The notes under the pieces: model-generated
What the model saw: only the letters and a program-made list of their open reading frames with translations
Databases searched by the model: none
What the model was told of the DNA's origin: nothing
Made by a program: the position numbers and the translations under genes
NCBI GenBank assembly: GCA_001938485.1
Contig: MQRK01167126.1
Location: forward strand, 3,389 to 67,388
Length of the DNA stretch: 64,000 nucleotides
DNA from: Girardia tigrina
Lineage: Eukaryota
Direction: 5' to 3'
Shown here: piece after piece, positions 37,498 to 49,800 of the stretch
How the letters are laid out: each line of letters begins with the position of its first letter
Position numbering within the stretch: position 1 is the stretch's first letter

Positions 37498-38129
37498 AAT
37501 TGATTACAAAAATTAAAATTAATTAGATGATTGTGAAAATTTTAAAAAATGTAATTTTTCGAATTAAAAAATATGTGATTGAATTTTGAATAAGATTGTA
37601 TAAAAATTAGTGTGAATTTCAAAAAATAATTATTTCTAATTGTTGAAAAAAATTTTTAAAAAAAAGGTTGAATTGGTTTAAATTAAGCAATTGAATCAAA
37701 TTTTGTTAAACAAATTTTGAAAATAAATCAAGATTTGATTGAATTATTGCTTCAAGTTTTGAATTTGAAATCTCCGAATAGCAAAAAATAACAACGAATA
37801 AGTACACGTCAATAGGAGCTATATCTCTTGATAAGGTCAAATTAAATTATTCCCCTTGATCCAAAACCCCCCACTCTCACAATGGTGCTGCAGCCACACT
37901 GCGCACGCTCTATCATCACGAACTATTTAAATTTCGGTTAGAAGATGATTTCATAAAATGACACCCAAAATTCAGACATCAACTGTCTGCACTGGATAAC
38001 TCTGGATTCTATTATCCAGCGACATCATCCTTAGGCCCATAGGTCTCTTAGAGTAAAAAAATTTGTTTTTTTTAAATTATCGTGAAACAGTTTTTTTAGA
38101 AAAAAATCATGCAACATTTTCCTTTTTTC

Positions 38130-38500
38130 AAAGAATAAATGTGTTGAATATTTGATTGTAGTTGATTTTTAAAGATCAAAGTGCTTGTAAATTCTCGCTG
38201 CAACATCTCAATTGTTATGTACTTATGAAGACACAAAATTCTAGTGAAAGTTGATTATTTCTAAGCTTTCTGACCAGTAATATTTGAAAACAGCTACATT
38301 TTATACGTAAATGCATTAGTTCAAATGCTACTAAATCTGTTAACTCTGAATTTCTAGAGTAAATTTTACTAAATTTATTGAAAGTATTGATGGACAAAGT
38401 TTCTTCAAAAATCAATATTTCAAATCTTTGCTTGAATTAATTAGTAACTCTATCGTACCACAGCATATTCTTTTGTAAAAAATAATTAGTTTTCAGTGTC
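38130..38500 (-). mobile_element. Possible very decayed hAT transposase C-terminal remnant
   Basis: YDRVTN*FKQRF and a frameshifted CSE..TSTL..KNQLQS, resembling SCERSFSTL..IKNYLRS. Confidence 0.3.
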
Positions 38501-39849
38501 ATGGTTCCTCTAAAATAACTGATAAATCAAAAATCAATTAACAGATTTGAATTTTTTAAAAAATTTAATCGATTCTGAGTCTATAAATATAAATGAAAAA
38601 TATAAATAGGAATTTTTTAAAACTCCGTAACATTGTCTAGAACTGACATAAATTATTTTTCAATGCCTCCTGCCGGCTGCAGCCGATATCCAAGTAGAAT
38701 TAAATTAAACAAACAAGAATAATTGAGAACGACACAGCCAGATTAAAAGCTGGTAAATCATACCATCATTCCATAGGAAAATAAGCTGATAAAAAATATT
38801 TTAAGTTGCAACTATTAAAGTGTTAAATAATTTTAATTGAAATATAAAACTATATTATATAAACTGATCATATTAAGCTTTGTCGAATTAAGTTTCCTGT
38901 TTTAAATGAAATGCTTTTTACAATTTGTTTTAAAATCAAAAATCTTTATGCATCTTTATTGTAAAAAAATGGTTTATAACACTTTAAAATATTTGTACTA
39001 TTATATTTCTGAATACATTAATCGTTGTAATTTAAGCACTTTTTTACTGATATTATCGACAACAATGATAATGTATTTTCATCTTATGTTGAGGAATTTC
39101 ACTTTTTATTAAATATTTATTAATAATTATTTAAAAATTACATTATTTATCAAAAAGTAGTATTAAAAATTATCGAAACTCTTAGGTTAATATTGGTTTA
39201 ACATTAATCAAATTTCTTTGTATAAGAAATGTTAAATTTGCCTAAAATCACAAACTGAGTTCTAATTGGTTAATTATTATTGATTCTTGCCATTGGTCTG
39301 TTAAATGAAAATCCAGAATGTGTGTATGTCAGATAAGAATGTCAAGGAAATATAAATTTTAAACAAAGGAAAATAAAATAAATGAAAACATTCACGCATT
39401 ATTATTAGAGTCCATTAAGTTAAATATTAAATTTACTTATACAAAGTTCACTTTAAAAAAATTATAAATATAATAAAGAAACATCGAACGTCAAAAATTT
39501 TGTAATAGAACAATTAATAAGATTAATAATATTGCCATATATTTGTTTTATTTGTCTGGATTTGATCAAAATATCAAATTTTAGAGATAAAATGACTGAT
39601 AAGGAAAATTGATTGAGACTAATTTCGAGCATTATAATTAACTTTAAAACGAAGGAGACTTTTTTCTGAAAAAGAAAATTGTATGTGACATTATTTACAA
39701 TTTAAACCTAAATTTAGAAATTTAATCTGAAAAGAAATTTGCAGCGTATAGAGAAAAAACTTTTTATTATATAAATTTATAAATTATTATTTCTAGTGTG
39801 ATAAATAATAAATTGAAATTATTCGAATAAATATTTAAAATTTTTTAAT

Positions 39850-40500
39850 ATATAACATGTTTTGATTAGCTTTGAGCATCATCAGTTATTAATAATTGTT
39901 TAAAAGTGTTTGATTAATTGTTTCAATGCTGACAAAACTAAAATTAATATTATTTTGGAATGATTTTATTGGACAAAAAGTTAATTAATCTAAAATATTT
40001 AATATTGTCGCTGTCTTATTCTTCCTATTTTGAATAGATTATAGAGTCTGATTAACAGTGATTCACAATGTAACATCTCATAATGTGAATCGAAGTTAGT
40101 TTGAAGAATAGAAAACTCATTTTTTTGAGATGGAAGAAGTTCTATACTTGCCACAAACACAATGATATAAAATTTTACTCGATCGACTCGGCTGTGAATG
40201 TTCACTAATCCGGGTTTTGAGATGACGATTTGTCTCTCCAAAGTACGAGTTGTAACTGCCGTGACACTGAAATTTATTTACAAGATTGGCTTTCAATGCA
40301 CAATCAGTTCTCGATTTCACTGTAAGGAAATCTTTCACTATGGATCTTAGTGACACTATTCTAAGATTGTCAATATTTTGATAGATTGCATTTATAAATT
40401 TTTTTTAATCTGACAGAAAAGGGTATTTTTATAATTTTATAAAGCTCCCCTCATCTTCATTTTGATCTTTTTAGTTTTGGAATATATACAACACTAGTCT
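39850..40500 (-). mobile_element. Penelope-like element 3' part (GIY-YIG endonuclease)
   Basis: NLVNKFQCHGSYNSYFGETNRHLKTRISEH...ILYH and FSILQ...ESLLIR. A degenerate hammerhead core (ctgatgatgc...aaacatgt) lies downstream at ~39855-39886. Confidence 0.8.
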
Positions 40501-40527
40501 ATTGTTATTAATTTTCAATTTTATTAA

Positions 40528-40759
40528 CCTTCCCGTATCCATGGTGGTAAAAATGATACTTTGTTAATCAGTACCAAATTATGTCAATTTATGATTTTAT
40601 TTACTTTTAATTTAACAAAATACAAAAGGTGTCAAAATGGGGAAGTTGGGATGACGCAAACTGAAATCGCTTGGCTTGTCGAAGGTTAATAAGATAATTT
40701 AAAGAAAATTTTGCACGGATTAACAAGGCGTCATTTTTACCACCATGGATACGGGAAGT
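40528..40759. mobile_element. piggyBac-type MITE
   Basis: TIRs ccttcccgtatccatggtggtaaaaatga / tcatttttaccaccatggatacgggaag, flanked by TTAA on both sides. Confidence 0.85.
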
Positions 40760-41467
40760 TTAATATTTTATACACAGAACTTGTTGAGGTTTGACAATTT
40801 AAAAATAAAATATAATATTGATGTTAATAAAAATTACATTATTTTATTTATTTAAATTCATGTTTTATAATTTTTTCATTAAAAGAAATTTTTTTCAAAT
40901 AATTTAATTCACATCGAACCAACACGTTATCAATACAGTCTTCGACAAGTGAACTTTCCAGTTTTGGTTGCTGACAAAATTATATAATTTATGTTACTAA
41001 ATCAAAAAAAAATTAAATTTTTATCAAATGCGATCAAAATTTCGTAATGAATATTCCAGATCGGTATTTTTGCCAACTCTCTCAATCAGTGTCGCCGAAA
41101 AAACCAAAACATGTTTACTGGAAATTTAACATTTTGACTTCTGTTTTTTTCCCAAAAAAATAAAAAATTAAACATCTTAAAGCTATTTTTGTTTGGGAAA
41201 TTCCTTCTTTTCTGTTGAACCGATTTTAAATTTTTTTTAATTATAATTAATTTCATGAAAAATAAGCATTATTCCCTGCAATTTATTTAAAATGATAAAA
41301 AATTATTTTCTTGCAAATTGTCTATGCTCAATACTCGGATAATTGCAGAATTGATGCCGGTTAAGAGCATCAAAAAGATTATTTTTTATTTATTTAGAAT
41401 TTGAAGGTTTTTGAGACAGAAATAGTCTGAGTCGTAAATTAAGCGTTTAGACATTTAGGTTATTTAT

Positions 41468-41527
41468 TATATATATANNNNNNNNNNNNNNNNNNNNNNN
41501 NNNNNNNNNNNNNNNNNNNNNNNNNNN

Positions 41528-41574
<47 letters not shown>
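41468..41574. repeat. (TA)n microsatellite spanning an assembly gap (a second one at 42961-43077)
   Basis: Direct sequence. Confidence 0.95.
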
Positions 41575-41577
<3 letters not shown>

Positions 41578-42057
41578 TATTAATATAAATTTGTGCATTT
41601 AAGTTTCAATATTTTATTAAATTGTAAAAATATATTTCGAGTAAATTTGGGTTTTTTTAAATATATTTATGTTTATTATATCAATAAAGATGAACATTTT
41701 GATTTTTTTAAAGTATATTTATGATATTACAATATAAAAAACAAATATATTTATAAATTTGGGCTTTTACAAAAAGTTTTTATAAATCTAAAAAATAGAT
41801 TATATTCCTTAAAATATATATTTATTATATTAATTAGTATTTTATATTATCCCATCAGAATTCTGATCAATAACATTTCTGTGTTTGATACAGACGACTC
41901 AATTAGTTTTGAATGTTTCATACTTGTTCTCTCAATGAACGATAAACTTGATGATGTTTTGTCAAGAACGAAACATATAGTGAATTTTAATCAAATAAAT
42001 AGTTGCTTAGATGATATTTTCTCGTTGTTCACTTTCTTGAAACAATTAACCAATATA

Positions 42058-42486
42058 CAGGGTTATCATAAAGTAACTACCGGGTTTTAAACTGCAATAA
42101 CTTTTTTTTGGCAGAACATTATGAAAAAAATGGTTTTAAATAATGGTGCATTTAGAACGCTTCATGTTTCCTCAAACTTTTTGAAGATGCTTCTAATACT
42201 TTTATCGGTTGGAATATTTTTCGATTTAAGTCGTTGACATTTTCTTCTTACTAAAGTACTATACTCATGCTTCGCAAATAAAATAAGAATTTTTACACGC
42301 TGATTTACATCCATTTTGAATCTTACGCTTAAAAAAATAACAACAATTAATACATTTAAATAAAATTTACTTTTAATTAAATTTTAAAGAATAAGCTTCA
42401 AGATGCCTTTATAATTAAAAAGAAATACAATATAATTCAAATGTTATTGCAGTTTAAAATCCGGTAGTTACTTTATGATCACCCTG
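42058..42486 (-). mobile_element. Internally deleted Tc1/mariner derivative (MITE)
   Basis: ~44-bp TIRs cagggttatcataaagtaactaccgg...ctgcaataac flanked by TA. The minus strand retains MDVNQRVKILILFAK...PTDKSIRSIFKKFEET. Confidence 0.9.
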
Positions 42487-42712
42487 TATATATATACTAA
42501 TAAGACACTACAACCCATCAATTCACATTCAGAATGGACAAAGTACGGTTATTTCAATACTTAAAATTTTTTAATTAAGATTTATTTTGCCATTATTACC
42601 TAATAATACTTTAATAAAAATATAATATTTATTTAAATGTTTTCCATTTAAGGTTAATATACCTTTTAAAAATTGTTGAAACAATTTAATATTAATATAC
42701 TGAATTTCAAAA

Positions 42713-42756
42713 TATTGCTGATGATGATGTATGTAAACATCGAAACATGTCCAATA
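42713..42756 (+). ncRNA. Minimal type I hammerhead ribozyme
   Basis: TATTG CTGATGA T GATGT atgtaa ACATC GAAAC AT GTC CAATA. Stem I TATTG/CAATA, stem II GATGT/ACATC, palindromic stem III ACATGT, GUC cleavage triplet (cut after 42751). Confidence 0.85.
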
Positions 42757-43039
42757 AATACATAAAAGAAACTTTAATCAAATTATATTTTAAAAATATT
42801 AAACTTGCTTTCACAAGACTCAAATATATATATATATATATATAAGGGTTAAGAATTTTTTCCTCTGGGTTTGAAATAATCTTTCTAAATAATTAGAATT
42901 TAAATCAAGATTTATAAAAAAATATCAATTAAAATTTTGATACGTAAATAAATTATATACATATATATATATATATANNNNNNNNNNNNNNNNNNNNNNN
43001 NNNNNNNNNNNNNNNNNNNNNNNNNNNNNNNNNNNNNNN

Positions 43040-43079
<40 letters not shown>

Positions 43080-43863
43080 GTAAAGTAAAAAAAATCCGTA
43101 CAAATATAATTCGATCTGAAGAGGGTTTAAAGGAAACTAACTCAATATCTGGACATAATTTAACGGCTTTTATCAATTTAAATTAAATTATGTAAAAACA
43201 TTTTAAATAATTTTTTTCAGCTTTGATAAAAGTTCGTTTTCCATAAATTGATAGTATTATTTTTTATACAATATAATATAAAAATATTGAAAATTTAGAA
43301 AAACGGAAAGAAAGTCTTTAAGAACAAGAATAGTTTTCAGTCTTCATTCTTTTGTAAAAAAAATTGCAAATTTATGAATAATATTATTTTCCTTCGGAAT
43401 TTTGACCTTGGAATACAGCAAAAGGGGTCCAAAAGAACAACTTCGATTTAAAACTTGATAACGAAAAATCTGATACTGTAAATAAAGAAATCGGATTTTT
43501 TCTGTATTATTATATAAGAGAATTTTATTTTCAATTTGATAGAAAATTATAATTTAAATGGAAATTTTATATGGTGAAAGTGCTTTAATTCCAAAAGGGA
43601 TTTATCATTCACAGAATATCGAAATGACTGAAAAAGAAAAAATAGTACTTCATAAGCATCTGTAATAATCTTATATTGTATAAACTTTCATAAAACATAG
43701 TATTTTGTTTTTTACTAATTGCTTTTGAATAAATTGCTTTAAACTTTAAACGTATGCTTTAGTAAATCTAAAAAACCTAGTAAAAAAACAAAGTAAATAT
43801 ACAAAAAAAACATAGTAAATATACAATATCTTTAAATTAATTTTTCATCAAATATCAGATTTA

Positions 43864-45628
43864 TGTTACGACGCGACATTTTACGTGACAAGTTACTAAA
43901 CCCCCTCCGACAGTTACATTACTCCGCGGGCATAGGATTGTTGCGAAAGGAGGGAATAGTCAAACTCGACAATTCCCGTTTTGTTTAAGTGAATCCTATG
44001 CGTATGCAGGATGATGAGTTCGGGAAGAGGTCTGTAGATGCATGGACATGATTCAATGTACATATTTTGATTTGCACTAAATTCAATGGTTAATTATTTT
44101 ATTTTTTATTATTATTTTCTTTTTTATGCTTATTTCTTTTGATTTATTTTACACCGTATGTTCTCCTCATCTCTCAGTCCCTAACCTCTTGGTCTTACCG
44201 TGAAGAACAATGTAGTAAAAATGGGCTTTGGTGACCGAAGGTATCGATTTGAGACTCGATAGTGTCCTGACCGAAGAACATGCAATAGAGGTTGTGACAC
44301 AAGCGCTGAGTGAAGAGCCAGGTGCCCCTGTAAATGATTGTAGATAGAAATACGTTGAATTAGTAATTTGATGTAGAAGCCAGATGCTATTATCGTGTAA
44401 ATATTAGACGCCTTTAGCCGCCAGGTTGTGAGGCTAGTATAATCGTATTATGGAATATGACTGGTTGTAGGAGTTATGTAGAAGGAAATGCGACTAATTG
44501 CCGAAAGTGAGCATACGAATAATTAATAATAGAAGTGGGAGGTAATTGGCGGGAGACAGCTTTAGAAGGGTTGTCGTGGTGTGAAGAGAATATGAGTACT
44601 GCAGAGTTAGAGTAGATCGTATGGGGAACAGTGAGACCTAGGAGAGTTATATGATGATGTGAATAGATATTAGTATAGAGTAAAACGTGGATAATAACTC
44701 TTTATTTTAAGATTTTATCAGTAAATTCAGATAATACATTTTGAAATATTAATTATAAAAGAGCTCACTTAGACCTGTATTTTGTGTTAACTCTTTTACT
44801 AAATTATGTAAATAAATTTAATAGAAAAGTTAATTAATAACAATGAATATCTAATTTAGAATAAATAATTAATGAATTAATAAATAAGTAAATGGATTGA
44901 GTCAAGAAAAGAGTGTGATAACAATAAAGGTCTTAATTATTATGTTATCTCGGTTTGGTTCGAATAAAATATTATTCGAATAAAACGAGCAGTAAATACC
45001 AACTGATGGTTGTGAAATAAAATTGGAACAATGTAAAATAAAACAAGTAGACGAACTGAATAGAGTGAAGTGGCAAATGGATAAAATAAAATAACAAATA
45101 AATAAAGATTAAATCTCACATCTAAAATCAAAGCGAAAATCTATTCATAGACTAAAATCTATATACCATTGATAATATCGTGAATAAAATAAAAAGCTAA
45201 GTATGTTAGAAGATGTTTGTGGTACGAAGGAAAATTAATGGAGAACGGCGAAGAACCTTCTAGAGGTGGCGCAGGCCCACAGCAGGATGCGAGGGACACG
45301 CAGATCGACCGACGCTTACTTCATTGAGGCTCTCTTTGTCTGAAATATGAAACGAGTACCAACCACAGAAATGAATGAAACGTAGCTAATGAGGGATAGA
45401 TTTCGTAAACATACCCCATGGATGCTGAGACTGTCGATCGGGCAATCCCCGTTATTTACTCGAACCCGTAGGCGATCTGAAGCGTATACTACTGGTTAGA
45501 TGTACGTGGAAGAGGTGCGTCCACTCACCTTACGTATATATGAAATGTTAGCGAGTTGCCGTTCCCCGTTATGAACGACTGGGGGCTCTGAGTCAACAAA
45601 AATGTTGCAAAGAGAAGGGAGGGCGACA
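43864..45628. mobile_element. Probable solo LTR (~1.77 kb)
   Basis: Starts TGT and ends ACA, flanked by ttta on both sides. GC-elevated non-coding interior with hairpins (gcataggatt/aatcctatgc). A 4-bp AT-rich TSD is weak evidence. Confidence 0.45.
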
Positions 45629-45841
45629 TTTATAACTTTAATACATTTAAAGTCATTTTGAGAAGGAAAATCTTGATGAGAAAATAATCCAACATAATCA
45701 TTAAAACACACATATGATTTTCAATACTTGTATTAACATAACAACTCGAATTCCCTCCATTACAATTTTCCACAAAGCTTGGTAATTTAATATCGTTCGT
45801 GATTGATAAATTTTTAATTCTATTTCTAAACCTTTTGGTGA

Positions 45842-46363
45842 TGTAATAGTGGACGCAGCGGTTTTGTGGCTGCGGCGCGCCGGCAGCGGGGAGTGATCGT
45901 TAGGTCGGGGGAACAAATAAAAAATCATCTCGCATTTTTTTGGCGATCCTAGACCCAATCTCCGTGCTCTCACTCAAATGTTGTCCGTTAACGAGCATTT
46001 CTATGACCAAATACGACGGAATTCTCGGCAGAGACTCAACAAAACCATCGGCATCACATCTCTGATCCATCCAGGTAATCAAATTAGAATCCCAATCGCG
46101 GCCCTACTCGTCTCTGTCGTCATTCCAAAACAAAACACCGCGCATTTGCCCCAATATTCCATTCTGTCACCCTTCATTTCATTTAATATCTCTCGAATCG
46201 TTTAGAATATTTTGTCAACATTTTGCTCGTGATAAAATTTTTTTTGATTAATAATTGTGGAATTAATGTCTTTTATCCAAGAGTTCAGTATTGTTTTATC
46301 TTTGGCATTGTTTAACATAACTTTTACGGATTCCGCATCGATATCGATTCCGAGGACGCTCAT
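45842..46363 (-). pseudogene. SHPK: Sedoheptulokinase (FGGY family) pseudogene, internally deleted
   Basis: From the ATG at 46363: MSVLGIDIDAESVKVML...HEQNVDKIF*TIREIL, a frameshift, then GQMRGVLFW...SNLITWMDQRCDADGFVESLPRIPSYL and later PDLTITP. Recalled SHPK: LGIDLGTTSVKA...EQDVSRIL...GQMHGVVFW...SHLVTWQDGRCSSEFLASLP...HLTITP. Confidence 0.85.
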
Positions 46364-46539
46364 GAAAAAAATGGCGACTTTTTTTTAATTCAAAATAAAA
46401 TTCGCGCTAAACATAAATTTTTATTTCACTAAAACAAAGTTCGATTTTGTCACATTAAAAATAAAACAAACAGTTATTTTTTTGGTAACATTCAATCGAT
46501 TTAATTCGACCGTTGATGTCATTATAAAAAAAATAATAA

Positions 46540-46835
46540 AAAAATCAGCCAATCACAACAGCCAGAACTCTGAGCATCCCAATGTCATCTATGAAATATT
46601 CTGGAGCATATTTTACGACAAATCGATCGAGTTTTTCCAATCGAGTTTTCCCGTTCATTGACGCCGTAAACGACAACAAATAACGTCGTCGAATATCATC
46701 TTGGAAATTATCGAGTGATCTTCAACGGTATTCTGTTCGATAATTATTTCGATAATCGACTCGACGAAAGAACCAATCACAAATTATCGATCTACGATTA
46801 AAAAAAACGATCTTTCCCAACACGACCAATCGATA
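46540..46835. promoter_or_regulatory. CpG-rich promoter-like region with three CCAAT boxes upstream of the SHPK fragment
   Basis: agccaatcac (~46547), aaccaatcac (~46771) and gaccaatcga (~46824), with high CG density relative to the flanks. Confidence 0.4.
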
Positions 46836-49800
46836 AACAATTCAAATTATCGCATTTATTTGACAGAATATTCGCGCCGGGACAAAAAAAGAATCAGAGA
46901 TGATTATCAAAACACAAGGTGCGTTTGACGATGAATAAAACACCTAGTTTTTAATTGCTCTTTTATTCTATCGACCGTCGAGTTCGATTTATCGTTTTTC
47001 TTCGTCGTCGTCGTTGAGTGTCGTAAATGAAAGAATATTCGATTGTTTTAATGTGCAATTTTCGAAATCAAAACACGAATAAATCGAACATCGATCGGCG
47101 TTGATCGAATCGGTTTTATTGGATGAATAGAGAACGTTGAACAGAACGCTTATCGAAACGGATTTGAATTTGGAAATAATCGGTTGTAAATCTGTTTTAA
47201 ATTATTTAGATTAAAATTTATCGCGAAACATCCTCCCTTTTCTGATCATTTATGATCAGAACAATCACTTATACTTCCCAAAAAACCAACGGACAATCAA
47301 ATATCCCTTCTGAATCAGACTCAGTTTCGTACTTCAAGCGGGAAGACTCATCTACAATCAATTTCATTAAAATTATCCTTTTTTAACATTTTCCAAATTT
47401 AAACCATAATCTTATCATAAGAAGGAATACAGATTTAAAAAATCTTTTTTACAATTCTAAAGATAAGCAAAAATAAAATACACAAAAACATTTTTATTTC
47501 ATCATTGCCGCATTCTAATCTCTTTTGACCAGTCATAATTCAATGTAAAAGAAACGCTTTTTACAAACATCAGATTCAAACGCACATACACTGCAAAAAA
47601 TACAAATTAAATTTTCTAAGCAAGTTCAAGGATAAATAAATTAAACACAAACAAACATTCATCTTTCAATAACATTCTAATTTAAATTTATCTAGAAACT
47701 CTAACAGGAATATTCCTCCCACAGACCAAAGCACGTTCTCTCCGCCTGTCTTCATCAAAACAACTCTTCCAGAAAAAAAAGCAATGCAAACCAGACATTA
47801 ACTTTTTCATTCGCCGTCATCACCTCTAATTATTTGAGGAAATTTAAATTACAATTTGTTACGAATTTCTATTTAAATAAAAATGCGAAGTTGGTTTTTA
47901 AATGGTTTTTTGTAACCAACAATCATCTATATATTTATATTTTTATTTATTTAATAAAATATATTAATTTAATTTTAAAGTTGTTATTTACATTTTAAAA
48001 TTGTCCCAATAATCCGATGGTTCAAAACATTTAAAATATCAATCTTCCATTTGGGTGAGAGAAACACAATCCTAAAACAATATACCAAACATAGCATGTA
48101 ATAAACTATGTTGTGCCTCCCCAACACTACAAAATAAAAGTAAATTATAACGAATGTAATATTTTCATTATATTTCACGAATGTTGTATAAAGCATGATT
48201 TTGTTTTACTGGATTAATTAGCAGAAAAGTGGTTGTTAAATAATAATCCCTGTTTCCAAAAAATAAATATTTTCTTTGCAGCTGAACTATTTGATATATT
48301 ATGTTTAAACGAATCGTGAATGATGACGTTTCTCAAACGGAGCGATCAAATCAACCGACCACTTTGTCGGTTAAAATAGAACCCGGACAAATCAGGTCGA
48401 GCCTTTATTAGTGTTCCTTGATTCACCTTATCATTCAGGCATCGATATCAATAAACTATATTAGAAATTATTCTTCACAATAATAATAAATACTCATTTA
48501 TTTATTTCTCCTATTAGATTTGATTTTACTGCACTTAACGATAAAATAATATTTATAAAAAATATCGTTATATAAATCGATATTCAAATTACAAACTATC
48601 CTCTTTCATTGGAAGAATGAAGAAAAGGAAATAAGAAACTGAAACAATGATTTATTCTTTCCAAGTAATTTATATTCATACCAGAAATAGAGTTTAGTGT
48701 TTCTATAAGGAATACAAGCTCATGTAAATTGTTTCAAAACAAAGGAGTCCATATTTTAAGGACTTGTATTCTATTTTTCAAATGGAAATGTGAATTGAAA
48801 TTCAATACTGCTTACTTCAAGAAACAGTCGTATTTAATTGAAAGTGGTTTGCCAGTAGACAAAAAGCAATAACTATACTCATTTCTGTTATTTAATAAAA
48901 TGGAACTAACTTTTATAATGAAATTAATAATTTTTATTTTTTTCTTTTAATTTGAAGTTGACTTTCTATAAATTTTGAAAAATTTTGTAATCAAATTTCT
49001 TTAATATGTAACAGAAAATAAGATTGGGAAAAAATTTTAATGAAATCTTTTCAAAAAATTTTAATAAATAAAATTTTAAAATTAAATTTTAAATGAATTT
49101 AAATAATTAATGAAATATTTAATGAATTTAAATAAGTTTTCAAGAACAATTTCGAAGCCAACTAAATTTTATTAATTTCGATGGTTCAACCGAAATCGTC
49201 AGATATCTGACAATGAATCGAAACCTTATTTATGTAATTAGTGATTTTTGTGATCAATTATGCATAAGTATTGTTAGGGTTTCGAAAAATAAATATGAAC
49301 ACTTTTGATAAAATTTTATGTAAGAAAAATTTTAAAATAATTCTTTTGGTAAAATTATTAATTTCAAACAAAATAATATTTAGTTTAACAACATTTGGAA
49401 TTTAAAATTATAAATATTTTAGTCTTTGTTTTACTTCATCAATTTTCAAGGCTGATGAAAATAACTATATAAACAGCAGCAAATTTAGTTTTAATTTGCT
49501 CAAAAATATTTGCTGAAAAATTCGCCTAAGAAAAGTTCACGTAAACAAGTAAAGTGAATACCAAATTTATTTTATTTTTATTTTATCCTTTAAAATATTG
49601 TTTTATTAAAGAAACCATAAGTATCCCGTATGGGAGAAAAAGGTTTTTAAATTTTAAATTTCAATCAAATCATCGTTCGTTTTGGAAGATTCACAGTCTT
49701 TACTGTAGTCGGTTAACTCGCACGAAATATTGATTTGTGTTTGTGTTCTGTCATCAAGAATTGAATTATTATTATTTTTGACTTGTTATTTTTTGTTATT

